A stretch of 63,994 nt of DNA, filler included, from Octopus bimaculoides (taxonomy: Eukaryota): assembly GCF_001194135.2 (NCBI RefSeq). It is 8 parts of 8 records of this genome, joined end to end, with 100 filler letters (N's around TTAATTAATTAA, not from the genome) between each part and the next. Parts side by side here need not be neighbours in the genome. Positions count along the whole stretch, not along the records: positions 1 to 23,916 come from NC_068983.1; 7 more parts are not named here. One strand, 5' to 3'. The first letter of the stretch is position 1, and each line of letters starts with the position of its first letter. Made by a program: the position numbers and the translations under genes. Positions 12,090 through 24,016 of the stretch are shown piece by piece. Under the pieces are notes generated by a model that saw nothing but the letters and a program-made list of their open reading frames with translations, was not told the DNA's origin and did not search any database.

Positions 12090-14038
12090 ATCGCTCACCA
12101 GGAGAATAAAAAGAATAAACCGAAAAATCAATACCCTAAAATCCCACCATCAGCTTCACCCCCAATCGAGAAGATTAACAACCTTGGAATCAAGGAAGGA
12201 ACGACTCCAGGACTGTATGAGAACCCTCATAAACGACCAAAGAGCTGCAGAGAAAGCTTGGGCTATTAAAAACATCAAAAAAAATCCTAAGGTCTTTTAC
12301 TCCTTTGCAAAAACACAGGGCCACAGTTTCCTCTATCGGTCCACTGACTGACGGAAACGGCATCCTTTACATTGGATGCCAAAGATATGGCTGAGATCCT
12401 GCAAAGTCAATACTGGTCTGTCTTCAGTGATCCTGATTTAGTTGGCTCAAGCAGTTTTGCTTCTGTGAATCCTCAATATATCCTTTCCGACATAACCTTC
12501 GATGCCACTGATATCCTAGCAGCGATAAAAGAAATCAAACCTGATTCAGCCGTGGGTCCGGACAGGTTCCCTGCTAGAGTGCTGAAGGAATACAGACAGC
12601 AACTTGCAGCTCCTCTTGCAAATCTCTGGAGGAAATCACTGGATGCCGGTTTTATCCCTCAAAACCTTCTCTCCCAGTCAGTCGTTCCTATCTTTAAAAA
12701 AGGGAATAAATCGCTCCCAGTAAACTACCCTCCAATCTCACTCACCTCACATATCATCAAAGTATTTGAGAGGGTGTTGAGATCAAGAATAACAGCCTTC
12801 CTAGAACAAAATCATCTCCTAAATTGCAACCAGCATGGCTTTCGTGGTGGGAGAGAGTGTGTAACACAGCTCCTCCACCACTTTGATGACATCTTAAATG
12901 CAGTGAGGGCTCCAACGCGGATGTCATATACCTTGATTTCAGCAAGGCCTAGAGTCGACCACAATATACTGCTAAAGAAATTATCCAACGCTGGAGTCGG
13001 TGAAAAGCTACTTCAATGGATTAGGTATTTCCTAACAAACAGGACCCAGCATGTGGTGGTTGATGGCATCCACTCAAGACCAGCAAAGTCATCAACGGAG
13101 TCCCGCAGGGTATTGTGCTGGGTCCACTTTTTATTGTCTGTATCAATGACATTGCAGATTCCATTGAACATAGCACCATTAAAATATTTACAGATGATTC
13201 TAAGCTCCAGAAAGTCATTAAGGGAGCATATGATCGAACAATACTTCAATCGGACCTATGCGCAGTAACTCAGTGGGCACACATAAAAAAAACAACATGC
13301 AGTTGAAGGAAGGAAAATTTGAGCTTATCCACTTTGGAAGAGAGGGCACACTCAAATAACCATATACACTATTGTCAGGAGACCTACTTGAACCGTCGGA
13401 TAATATCAGAGACTTAGGCGTAACTGTCGACAGCAACCTTCGCTGGAGTGTGCACATCAACAAAAAATCGATGTTGCCCGCAGAATGTGCTCATGGATCC
13501 TCAGAACTTTCCAATCTAGGGATCATGAAACTGTCGTCCTTCTCTTCTCCACATTCGACAAGCCCCACCTCGAATACTACTGCCCATTGTGGTCCCCCAA
13601 CAAAAGACGACATAATGAGGATCGAAGTGCCACAAAGATCAATCACACAAAAAAAAAATAAATAAATGACATGACGGGACTTGATTATTGGGCTCGACTT
13701 AAACAGCTGACGCTCTATTCCCTGCACTGTCGCCGTGGGCAATGCATTACTATTTGCACTCTGTGGAAAATAAAGGTCGAGATGACATCAAAAAGGTCAA
13801 GATCGCATCACAGGAACTTTGCGATACAATTTCTTCAATGCAAATGGTCCTGCACTTTTCAATGTTGTCACGAAAGAAATTAAAGTAGAAAAAGATCCCA
13901 CAACTTTTAAACGGCACCTGGACAAATTCCTACAGGAAATACCGGATAAACTGGATACGTCTCAACCAACAACAACTCTCTGGTTGAGTGGTCCATGGTG
14001 TCCCGAAATTATTAACTAAAAGACTTCTCCAGGTGGCG

Positions 14039-14042
<4 letters not shown>
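12090..14042 (+). mobile_element. CR1-like LINE, RT region to 3' UTR, frameshifted
   Basis: NIKKNPKVFYSFAK; SAVGPDRFPARVLKE; PIFKKGNKSLPVNYPPISLTSHIIKVFERVL; QHGFRGGR; LGPLFIVCINDI; IFTDDSKL; DLGVTVDSNLRWSVHI; GPALFNVV...LDKFLQEIPDK. Multiple frameshifts. Confidence 0.92.
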
Positions 14043-14113
<71 letters not shown>

Positions 14114-14462
14114 NNNNNNNNNNNNNNNNNNNNNNNNNNNNNNNNNNNNNNNNNNNNNNNNNNNNNNNNNNNNNNNNNNNNNNNNNNNNNNNNNNNNNNN
14201 NNNNNNNNNNNNNNNNNNNNNNNNNNNNNNNNNNNNNNNNNNNNNNNNNNNNNNNNNNNNNNNNNNNNNNNNNNNNNNNNNNNNNNNNNNNNNNNNNNNN
14301 NNNNNNNNNNNNNNNNNNNNNNNNNNNNNNNNNNNNNNNNNNNNNNNNNNNNNNNNNNNNNNNNNNNNNNNNNNNNNNNNNNNNNNNNNNNNNNNNNNNN
14401 NNNNNNNNNNNNNNNNNNNNNNNNNNNNNNNNNNNNNNNNNNNNNNNNNNNNNNNNNNNNNN

Positions 14463-14513
<51 letters not shown>

Positions 14514-14714
14514 GCATATATATAAGCATATGTGTATATATATGTGTGTGTGTGTGCATGACTTTGTATAAATAGAAATATATACATACATAAATACATG
14601 CATACATATATACATACAAATGGAACATACACGATCTTTTTGAATGTAACTATGTGAGTGTATATATTATATGTATGTATATACACACACACAAGCACAC
14701 TCTTTCCTTCTCCC

Positions 14715-14754
<40 letters not shown>

Positions 14755-15175
14755 TGTCCCTCTTTCTCTGTTTCCTTCTCTCTCTCTCATTCACCAAATG
14801 TGCCAACAACAAAAAAACGTATATCGTGATATGAAATCTCACCACCCTGAAGAAATCAGCCAAATAAGAATGATATCTAAAGGTACAAAATTACGGTGGT
14901 GCTCCAGCATGACTACAGTTACATGGCAGAAACTAATAAAGAATAAACGAATAAATAAATATATACTCTGTGTGTATATAGATGTGTGTGTGGGTGTGTG
15001 TGTATAGTGTAAACAGAGTTAGTGGTTATAGTAACCGACTAAGGCATAAAATATCTGTATATACTGTCGGTATCCGTTACCCATATTATCCTCTGGCATT
15101 GGTGTACCTGCATACCATACACGAAGAGTGCAGATAACAACAGGATAAACAAGAGTTTATCAGAAACCAGTGGAA

Positions 15176-15288
15176 ATAATTAGAAAATGGAGAAAACCAC
15201 AGATTAAAAACTAAATTTAAAAATAAGCTATAAATGTAGTCCAATCGATGTGTTTGTTAATCTGAAGTCTTCTCCATTTTCTGATTAT
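15176..15288. repeat. Imperfect inverted repeat (fold-back, ~32-bp arms, ~49-bp spacer)
   Basis: AGAAAATGGAGAAAACCACAGATTAA (15182-15207) versus the reverse complement of 15257-15282, AGAAAATGGAGAAGACTTCAGATTAA; 23 of 26 match, and pairing extends outward by ATAAT. Confidence 0.75.
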
Positions 15289-15566
15289 ATATATATATAT
15301 ATATATGTCATATACACACCCATGCATATAAATGTAACATATGCGATGTTTATGGAAGTAAGTATGTGAGTGTATATATTATGTATAAACATATAATAAA
15401 TAATTTTACCGGTGAGTGTGTTAAACTATAAAGCACTAAAAGAGAATGACTCTCCCCTAACACAACAGAATATGCTTCAACACACGAACTCGCAAAAAGA
15501 ATCTTGTAAACAAAATCCAAAAACAAGATACACACACACACACACATGTACACACACACACATACA

Positions 15567-15599
<33 letters not shown>

Positions 15600-16555
15600 G
15601 TATGTATATATATATATATGTGTGTGTATGTATGTATGTATGTATGTATGTCTATACTCTTGAGAAAGTTCAAGCCACTCGCTAACAAAGCGAATTGTCG
15701 ATGCATTCACCCAAGTGTGTGCATTTATTCACTTAAGAATCTTTCGAATGTCTTATAGATCTTCACTGTGCCACTAATAGATTGAATTGGGAGAATCTGC
15801 TTCAAAATATTTCGCGCTTACCTCTCAAAACCGAGTAATTCTAGGTTTTTGCGCAAATTTCTTGGTACATAACCTAATGCACTTATGATGATGTGTGAAA
15901 CGCAGTCTGTGTGTCTTTGGAAACGATCGGCCATAACAAGTAACCGACGTACCCGTTATTCTAACCTGAATAAAGAAAATTTTATTGTCCTGAGGATAAT
16001 GCATGAATTCAATACATCTGATTATTATTTAGCTTGTCATCAGTCAACAATCGGTCATTAGTTACCAATCGGTCGAACTTTATTCATAAGAAGGCGATTG
16101 TCTGAAAATAAAGCTGAATATTAATATTAACAATACAGGTTAAGACAATACAAACAAAATGTCAAAGATAGTTAAGTAGTAATCGTATATTTAACGGTTA
16201 ATGGGGATTAAGGGATAATTTACAGAGTGTATCCCTTACTTGATTGGAGTTGCAAGAATGTCGTGACCACCAGGCTGAACAACTGGGCCAACATTACTGT
16301 GGATTCACGAAACCAGACGGCTGAACAGCTGGGCTAATAATATAAAAGTTTAAATCTATGGAGTATTATCAACGGACTCACCGATAACAATTCTGTGACC
16401 AAAAAATTGTTTCACCTTTTTGGGGTGGAATTGATCAATCTTTATCTGCTGACTTCAAAAATTACAAAGACATTGGCCTACCACGTACCACTGCATTTTA
16501 CCTTTATGCCAAAATTTGACTATTGTCTTTTATTATTATTGCCATTATTATTATT

Positions 16556-16795
16556 GAGTGAGATAGAGCAGTGCATGCCATCAAAGTGACACTGGGGTAA
16601 AATATACAAATCCCAATATACCCATCATGACTACCCGTCTGATAAGGGTACACCAGGCACATGCATCACAACCATATGTGCACGACATGGTGATCTCAAA
16701 TCAAGAAAAACAGCGCATGACCTCGCAGGTGGGGCCCAGTTAGAATTTTCTTCAGGTCGAGTAGCCCATCCCGCTCAAAAGGTCCCTGAATAAGG
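16556..16795 (-). mobile_element. Non-coding (TAA)n-associated repeat element, copy 1 (runs into a gap)
   Basis: Homologous to 25403-25797 and 50147-50642; (ATT)n before it and after the gap (17231-17260). Confidence 0.75.
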
Positions 16796-17349
16796 NNNNN
16801 NNNNNNNNNNNNNNNNNNNNNNNNNNNNNNNNNNNNNNNNNNNNNNNNNNNNNNNNNNNNNNNNNNNNNNNNNNNNNNNNNNNNNNNNNNNNNNNNNNNN
16901 NNNNNNNNNNNNNNNNNNNNNNNNNNNNNNNNNNNNNNNNNNNNNNNNNNNNNNNNNNNNNNNNNNNNNNNNNNNNNNNNNNNNNNNNNNNNNNNNNNNN
17001 NNNNNNNNNNNNNNNNNNNNNNNNNNNNNNNNNNNNNNNNNNNNNNNNNNNNNNNNNNNNNNNNNNNNNNNNNNNNNNNNNNNNNNNNNNNNNNNNNNNN
17101 NNNNNNNNNNNNNNNNNNNNNNNNNNNNNNNNNNNNNNNNNNNNNNNNNNNNNNNNNNNNNNNNNNNNNNNNNNNNNNNNNNNNNNNNNNNNNNNNNNNN
17201 NNNNNNNNNNNNNNNNNNNNNNNNNNNNNNATTATTATTATTATTATTATTATTATTATTGTTCCTTCGTAACACAGTGTAGGTAAAAATGCACCGGAGT
17301 CTGTCAAGTCACAACAAAGACCTCAGACAGATAATACTTTCCTTAAGAT

Positions 17350-17660
17350 GTGCCCTGTGCCCAATATGGCTGCTTTTTGCAAGACATCAATCTTGCATGG
17401 GATTTCCAGTTGCCTTCACTTAAAAAACAGAAAAGTTATATCTTCTTAACATTAGTAAACGAAGTTGCTGCCATACGTTTTACAGATTTATTCTCTGATT
17501 GTGAAGGAATAAGCAAACGGGTGGATTCCACCCGATCTGAATCAAATTTGAGTTATTTGTAAAGAATGTTTCATAAGCAAAACTCGATAACTTTGAGACT
17601 AAATCAACGGATTTCCAAGGTTAACTACAAAACCTATTTGGTGATTTATTTTCATCAGTT
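17350..17660 (+). mobile_element. Possible decayed hAT (Charlie/Buster-like) transposase fragment
   Basis: NEVAAIRFTDLFSD... and IKFELFVKNVS*AKLDNF loosely resemble the hAT motifs LAYLTDIFSHLN and KKLELW...NFDMF; weak. Confidence 0.3.
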
Positions 17661-17686
17661 TAATAAAGTAAAGGTTTAAGTGTTCA

Positions 17687-17805
17687 AGGCGGCGAGGAGC
17701 TGGCAGAAACGTTAGCAGGCCGGGCGAAACGCTTCGCGGTATTTCGTCTGTCTTTATGTTCTGAGTTCAAATTCCGCCGAGGTCGACTTTGCATTTCATC
17801 CTTTG
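17687..17805 (+). mobile_element. SINE family B head
   Basis: GAGCTGGCAGAAACGTTAGC (A-box-like), GAGTTCAAATTCC (B-box), GCCGAGGTCGACTTTGC.TTTCATCCTTT. Confidence 0.85.
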
Positions 17806-18416
17806 ATGAACCAATTCACAATTGAACAAAATACTACGCCACAACGGGGGAGCAGCCAGTGAAACAATAAATCTATTGTTTACGGTGAGGAATTCGAGCT
17901 TCCTCGGGTGTCTCATATACGCTGCATACAGCTCACACACACGGTGACCCAGCAAACTAACCAAGCGATTCCTGCTGCTGCTGCTGCTCTGTGTAATGCA
18001 GTTAATAAGAATTGTTACGTTGATTTCTATAGTTTTAGTAATTGTTAGCTGCAACAGCTGAGAGATGTTGAGGAATTTTTGTCAACTTTGACATAATCTA
18101 ATTTCAGGAAATAACAATAAATTCCAACGGACCAACCATGAAACTTCATACGTCACACTTTCGTTGTATGTTAGGCTGTTACTCACTCACTCTCTTTCCC
18201 TCTCTCTCCCTCTTGTCCTTTTTCCTCTCATACTCACCCTCTCTCTATCATTTTTTCTTCAATTTCTCTTTCTCCCTTTCTTTCTCCCTTTGTCCCACAG
18301 CGAATCCCTGATTCTTTAAGTCTGTTACTTTTTCTCAGCCTCCGCCGTTCTCCTCGTCTCCCAATTCCAAATATATTTACTTTATCGGCTGTCATTGAAA
18401 GCAGGACTGTACCCAT

Positions 18417-18816
18417 GCACGGGAGTGGCTGTGTGGTAAGAAGCTTGCTTACCAACCACATGGTTCTGAGTTCAGTTCCACTGTGTGGCATCTTGGTCAA
18501 GTGTCTTCTACTGTAGCCTCGGGCTGACCAAAGCCTTGTGAGTGGATTTTGCTAGACGGAAACTGAAAGAAACCCGTCGTATATATATGTACATGTTTGT
18601 GTGTCTGTGTTTGTCCCCACCACCACTGCCACCATCGCTTGACAACAGACGTTGGTGTATTTACGTCCGCATAACTTAGCGGTTCGGCAAAAGAGACCGC
18701 TAGAATAAGTACTAGGCTTAAAAAGAATAAGTCCTTGGGTCTGTTTCTTCGACTAAAGGCGGTGCTCCAGCATGGCCGCAGTCAAATTACTGAAACAAGT
18801 AAAAGAATGAAAGAAT
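18417..18816 (+). mobile_element. Near full-length SINE family A
   Basis: Complete head (GAGTGGCTGTGTGGTAAG; GAGTTCAGTTCC), CORE-like middle, short TA/TG tract, and tail ending AAGTAAAAGAATGAAAGAAT. Confidence 0.9.
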
Positions 18817-19127
18817 GTCGTCAGACAAAGTGAGATCGATAAAGTTATTCTTTCACTGTAAATCAATACAGGCCTTCAGTGGTCGATACGGTACTTATCG
18901 ATCTGTTGACATTGATCCATAGAAGGAAACGCTGATGCGAATGTGAATTCCAAGAGATGGTCATTTTGGTAAAGAATAATTTTAGAGAGTAGTTCGAAAG
19001 GAATTAAAGGGATGGGATAATGTAGGAGGGTGGGGGGAAGAAGGAGAGATCGGAATGTGAAAGGGTCGTGGGTGGTTGATGATTTTGAAAATAGACGAGG
19101 AATAGAAAGAAGAACCAGCAAACGCCC

Positions 19128-19130
<3 letters not shown>

Positions 19131-19190
<60 letters not shown>
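19131..19190. repeat. (TAG)n microsatellite
   Basis: Direct reading. Confidence 0.95.
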
Positions 19191-19191
<1 letters not shown>

Positions 19192-19394
19192 CTTGTACCC
19201 CTATATAGAAATTGAAAACAAAAGGAAAATGAGAAAGGAAAAGCCACACGTCTCACTGGATTATTTAGTGTGGAAGTAGCAATGGTTATAGATGGACACT
19301 TCATAAAGTTGATACAAACGTATTTCCACTTCGGAAAAAAAAATTCTAGAAGTTATTTCTTCGAAATTATTTTTCAGTGAGTTAAATATTATGC

Positions 19395-19570
19395 TTTTCT
19401 ACTCTAAGCAAGGCCGAAATTTTAAGGGGAGGGGTCCAGTCGATTAGGTCGACTCCAGTACGTAAAGGATGAAAGGCAAAGTTGACCTCGGCGGAATTTG
19501 AACTCAGAACGTAAAGACAGACGAAATACCGCTAAGCATTTCGTCCAGCGCATCAACGATTCTGCCAGTA
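19395..19570 (-). mobile_element. SINE family B
   Basis: GGATGAAAGGCAAAGTTGACCTCGGCGGAATTTGAACTCAGAACGTAAAGACAGACGAAATACCGCTAAGCATTTCG. Confidence 0.85.
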
Positions 19571-20573
19571 TTAACACTTCAAATAATCTTAATCAAATAC
19601 TCGTCTAGAAATATCATCAGTTGCCGCAAATGTCGAAAGACACAGGAGAAAATCGAGAAATATTTTCTAATGGTGGACATAAGAACAAGCGTCTTCTAAA
19701 ATACAGATTTCTATTTAAAATGGATTAGGCGTAACAGTATCTGTCTTGGTGAAAACCACTTCGGCAACAACTAGAGCAGTAACACTTCTGCCAAGCTATC
19801 AAAATGACCAACAAAAATGGACAGCCCACCTCCAGCTACATGTGCTGTTAGTATATAAAGAATTAAAACTGATGCAAAAAATGTAGGATTACTTAATATT
19901 TATATGGAAAGTTCATATTTCTCGCCTTTCTTCACAGTGTATGTTTTCATACATACACGTGTGTATGTGTGTGTGCATGCGTGTGTGCATGTGTGTGTGA
20001 TGTTGTGGGTGCATATGTACGTGAAATGCGCGTGGATGCAAGTGTACTCTTCAACGTAAACTTAAAGACGCACGTAATGTTTTTGAACCTCGATCTATAA
20101 AGTTATTCCAAATATTTAAAGATATTCTTTATTCTCTTTCAGTATTTCTCTTTTTGCTGCTTCACATCTAAAAAAAAAAAAGGCTTTTGTTACTGAAAAG
20201 AATATGTTAAAAAAACATTAAACATTATATGAGCAAGTTTCTTTTTACGATTCGGTTACACAGTTGATTAAAAGATGTTTGACAAGTTAAATGAGTGAAA
20301 ACAGTAAAACAGCGGCCACGCCACCCCCACCCCCACCACCACCACCACCAACAACAACAACAGCAACAACAACAATAAACATAAATGTCCACAACCAAGC
20401 GAATCAGTTCACAATTTCTTTAGACACACCTAAATATGTTTCAATATATTTAAATACATTACACTTGCAGTCGGTGCGAAGATTTGTTCGGTTTTATGAA
20501 TAACCCAAACAAAATGACACCTGTAATTATAAAGAACTCTCTCTACCACCACCACCACCACCACCACCCCTCC

Positions 20574-20637
<64 letters not shown>

Positions 20638-20804
20638 ACCTTCTGTCTGCCTCTTCCCTTCTCCCTTTATAAATAGATCTCTCTTTGTTTCTTTGTGGTT
20701 ACAGAGAGTTTCGTGTAATACTTAAGGGTATGTCAATAAAAAAACAACCATAAAAACAAAAAACTTCGTTAATTACGTTCACTTAATCCTATATTCTTGT
20801 CTAC

Positions 20805-21215
20805 TCTAGGTACAAGGCCCGAAATTATAGTGGAGGGGACCAGTCGGTTAGATCGACTCCAGTACGCAACTGGTACTTAATTTATCGACCCCCGAAGGAT
20901 GAAAGGCAAAGTCGACCTCGGCGGAATTTGAACTCAGAACACAAAGACAGACAAAATACCGCTAAGCATTTCGTCCGGCGTGCTAACCACTCTGCCAGCT
21001 CGCCAATTTAGTAATAATAATGTTTATAATAATGGCTTCAAATTTTGCCACAAGGACAGCAATTGTGAGGAAGGGGATGAGTCGGTTTCATTGGTACTTA
21101 AGTTATCGACCCCAAAAAGATGAACGACAAAGCCGACCTCGGAGGAATTTGAACTCAGACGAAATACAGATGAGCATTTTGTCCGGTGCGCTAACGATTC
21201 TACCAGCTCGTTGCC
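20805..21215 (-). mobile_element. Two adjacent SINE family B copies (20805-21005 and 21040-21215)
   Basis: Both carry CAAGG.C..AATT..GGAGGGG...TCGAC...GGAATTTGAACTCAGA...GCATTT.GTCCGG. Confidence 0.85.
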
Positions 21216-21389
21216 TCGTTCCATGGACTATATTAGTGGTTAAATACGTGGAGGTTATTTCTACTGTCCACAGACCAGCTTCAGGCCAAACTGTCAGAGC
21301 TGGACTCTCTGGGCTTAGCAGTAGATCTTAAAATGAACTGCATGGAAAGAAGACATACTCGGTCAGAAGAGGTAGCACGAAGCAGAACA

Positions 21390-22000
21390 GGGATGGGAAG
21401 CGATGAAATCGAGAAGGTAAAGGAATACGTCTAATTAGGGGTGCACAGTGGATTAACGTCGAGATATGGATGCAGAAATCCGAAAGGGAATAAGGGCAGA
21501 ATGGGAGGTGTTTAGCTCAATAAAGGGTATGCTCTAATCAAAGCTAGACAATGCAATACAGGCCAGACTCCTCAACAGCATGGGTCTGCCTGCGCTCGTA
21601 TACGCAAGTGGAACGTGGGCTACTACGAAGAGGACAGGACATTGATTGGATACGACGGAAAGAGCCATGGGGGCTTCCATGCTAGGAATATCATTGCGAG
21701 AGTGTATCTGAAATGAGATGATTCGAGAACGGTGCGGAGTGAACGATGCGATCGTCAAGTGCTGAAAGAACGAGTTCCGCTGGGCCAAACATGTCGTCGT
21801 AAGGTTCACAGAATACAGCTCGACCCGTGCAGTTGCCGAGTGGGATCCAAGAGATCGGAAAAGGCCACTTAGAAGGCCTTCACAATGATAGGAAGAAGAT
21901 TTAGTCAAGCAATTCGGGCTAAAATGCAAAAGAATGGTGCAATGAAGACAGAATTGAAAGCGCATTGTGAGCAGCGGTGTATAGCTGGTCGATGCAAGGA
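21390..22000 (+). mobile_element. RTE-clade LINE, C-terminal RT fragment (decayed)
   Basis: Manual translation gives MLGISLRECI*NEMIRERCGVNDAIVKC*KNEFRWAKHVVVRF..RAVAEWDPRDRKRPLRRP, matching the RTE pattern MLGISL..RIRNE.IR...RWAGHV.R...W.PRDRKRP.GRP. Confidence 0.8.
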
Positions 22001-22304
22001 TAGTGTTTCTTACTGTCTGGTACTGAATAATGTTTACAGAATTGACCGTGAGAGAAACGGTTGTGTTTTAACGTTTAAACAAAATGTTTTTCAGAGATTC
22101 GAAACGAAAGGAAAGATTTACTGGACAACGGACCAAAATTCATTTTCATTTCACTTCTGGTTGTGTTTTCTATTTTGAAATGTTGTTCGACAATGCATCT
22201 GTTTCCTGAGACTCTGTTAATCCTCTCTGGCTGTGGAATCCTGTCTGACATTGTTTGGTTTTAATCTTGGGTTTCTGTGCTTGAATTGAATGAAAGAGAA
22301 TATG

Positions 22305-22620
22305 TTGGGGCACTCCGTCGGTTTCAACGAAGAGTGTTCTAGTTCACAACCTATTCGTGAAATTAACGTGAGAGTCGCTAAGTACTTCACAGAGACATAC
22401 TCTTAGCGTAGTTCTCGTGAGATTCAGCGTGACACAGAATGCGACAAACTTGGCCCCTTTGAAATACAGGTACAACTCATTTTTGAGAGCTGAGTGGAAT
22501 GAAGCAAGATGAAATAAAGTATTTTGCTCCAGAACACAACGCGACAGCTGGAATCGAACTCTTCACCTCACTCACGTTCGTCAGCCGAATTCTCTAACCA
22601 CTTAGCCATGCGTCCTTGCT
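22305..22620 (-). mobile_element. tRNA-derived SINE family C
   Basis: Reverse complement of the element at 59097-59395; GGAATCGAAC (B-box) and CTAACCACTTAGCCATGCG (A-box). Confidence 0.75.
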
Positions 22621-22859
22621 TATTACTGTAGCACTTGAAACACGCAACTGATAACAGACGGTGATCTTGAGGTTACAGGAAAGTGTTGTGGGATGAAGGA
22701 AGAAAAACGATGACAACACCCACGAAATTGCGTTCGGGTTGTGGGAACGGTGGGAATAAAATCAAAAGACTGAGGTCAAGGAAATGTTGTTGCCATGGGA
22801 CAGTTTAACCAAGAAAAGCGAGTGTTTGTTTTAGAACATTATATTATTGAGTTACCTTT

Positions 22860-22976
22860 AATCTTTCATTTGTTTCAGTCATTTGAATGTGGCCCGGCTG
22901 GGGCACCGTTTTTGAATATTTTTACTCGGATGAATCGGTCCCAATACTTTTGTAAAGCCTGGTACTTATTCTATCG

Positions 22977-23016
<40 letters not shown>

Positions 23017-23210
23017 NNNNNNNNNNNNNNNNNNNNNNNNNNNNNNNNNNNNNNNNNNNNNNNNNNNNNNTATGTATGTATGTATGTACGTATGTATATA
23101 TACATACATACAACGGGTTTCTTTCAGTTTCCGTCTAACAAATCCACTCACAGTGGGACTGAACCCAGAACCATGTAGTTGGGAAGCAAACTTCTGACCG
23201 CACAGACACG
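22860..23210 (-). mobile_element. SINE family A with a gap in its central microsatellite
   Basis: Tail TTGTTTCAGTCATTTGA..G.GGCC..GCTGGGGCACCG; head TTTCTTTCAGTTTCCGTCTA.CAAATCCACTCAC..GGGACTGAACCCAGAACCATG. Confidence 0.8.
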
Positions 23211-23229
23211 ATCTCCAATACTCATAAGG

Positions 23230-23390
23230 AGCTTAATGCGATATATGCCCACCCCAGGGTCAACCTTTCCAGAGACTGGTAGAACATATTTAGAGCTGAA
23301 TTGAAATGCGTTGTCCGGTCTGGGAATCGAACCCACAATTTCATGATCGTAATGTAACACCCTTACCACTAGGCCACGTTCCTTCACTAT
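23230..23390 (-). mobile_element. tRNA-derived SINE head (family C-like)
   Basis: Minus strand GTGGCCTAGTGGTAAGGGTG...GGGTTCGATTCCCAGACC contains clear A and B boxes. Confidence 0.7.
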
Positions 23391-23609
23391 TGATGAAGTT
23401 TAAGGATCTGAAAATATAATAAAAATAGTCTGTTTCATGCTGAAAAATGTGGGAGAGTACGAGCAAAAAGAGAAAGTCTAAGAAAAATATTGATAATACA
23501 GCAATTTCAAATGCTTTTTTATTACAATAATAATAACAATTTGAAAGCAAAGTATAGACAAGAAACGACGTTGAGGCAGGAAAGGTAATATCGTTCATAC
23601 CTGTAAAGC

Positions 23610-23916
23610 GACGAGCTGACAGAAACGTTAGCACGCCGGGCGAAATGCTTAGCAGTATTTCGTCTGCCGCTACGTTCTGAGTTCAAATTCCGCCGAGGTC
23701 GACTTTGCCTTTTATCCTTTCGAGGTCGATTAAATAAGTACCAGTTACGCACTGGGGTCGATATAATCTACTTAATCCGTTTGTCTGTCCTTGTGTGTCC
23801 CCTCTGTGTGTAGCCCCTTGTGGGCAGTAAAGAAATAGGTATTTCGTCTGTCTTTACGTTCTGAGTTCAAATTCCGCCGAGGTCGACTTTGCCTTTCATC
23901 CTTTCGGGGTTGATTA
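23610..23916 (+). mobile_element. SINE family B, one full monomer plus a second partial monomer
   Basis: Head-core-tail, then at 23838 the sequence restarts at the internal GGTATTTCGTCTG...GAGTTCAAATTCCGCCGAGGTCGAC. Confidence 0.85.
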
Positions 23917-24016
23917 NNNNNNNNNNNNNNNNNNNNNNNNNNNNNNNNNNNNNNNNNNNNTTAATTAATTAANNNNNNNNNNNNNNNNNNNNNNNNNNNN
24001 NNNNNNNNNNNNNNNN
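23917..24016. other. Artificial scaffold join 1 (44 N + TTAATTAATTAA + 44 N)
   Basis: Exactly 100 bp; the 12-mer gives stops in all six frames; the same construct recurs seven times. Confidence 0.95.
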
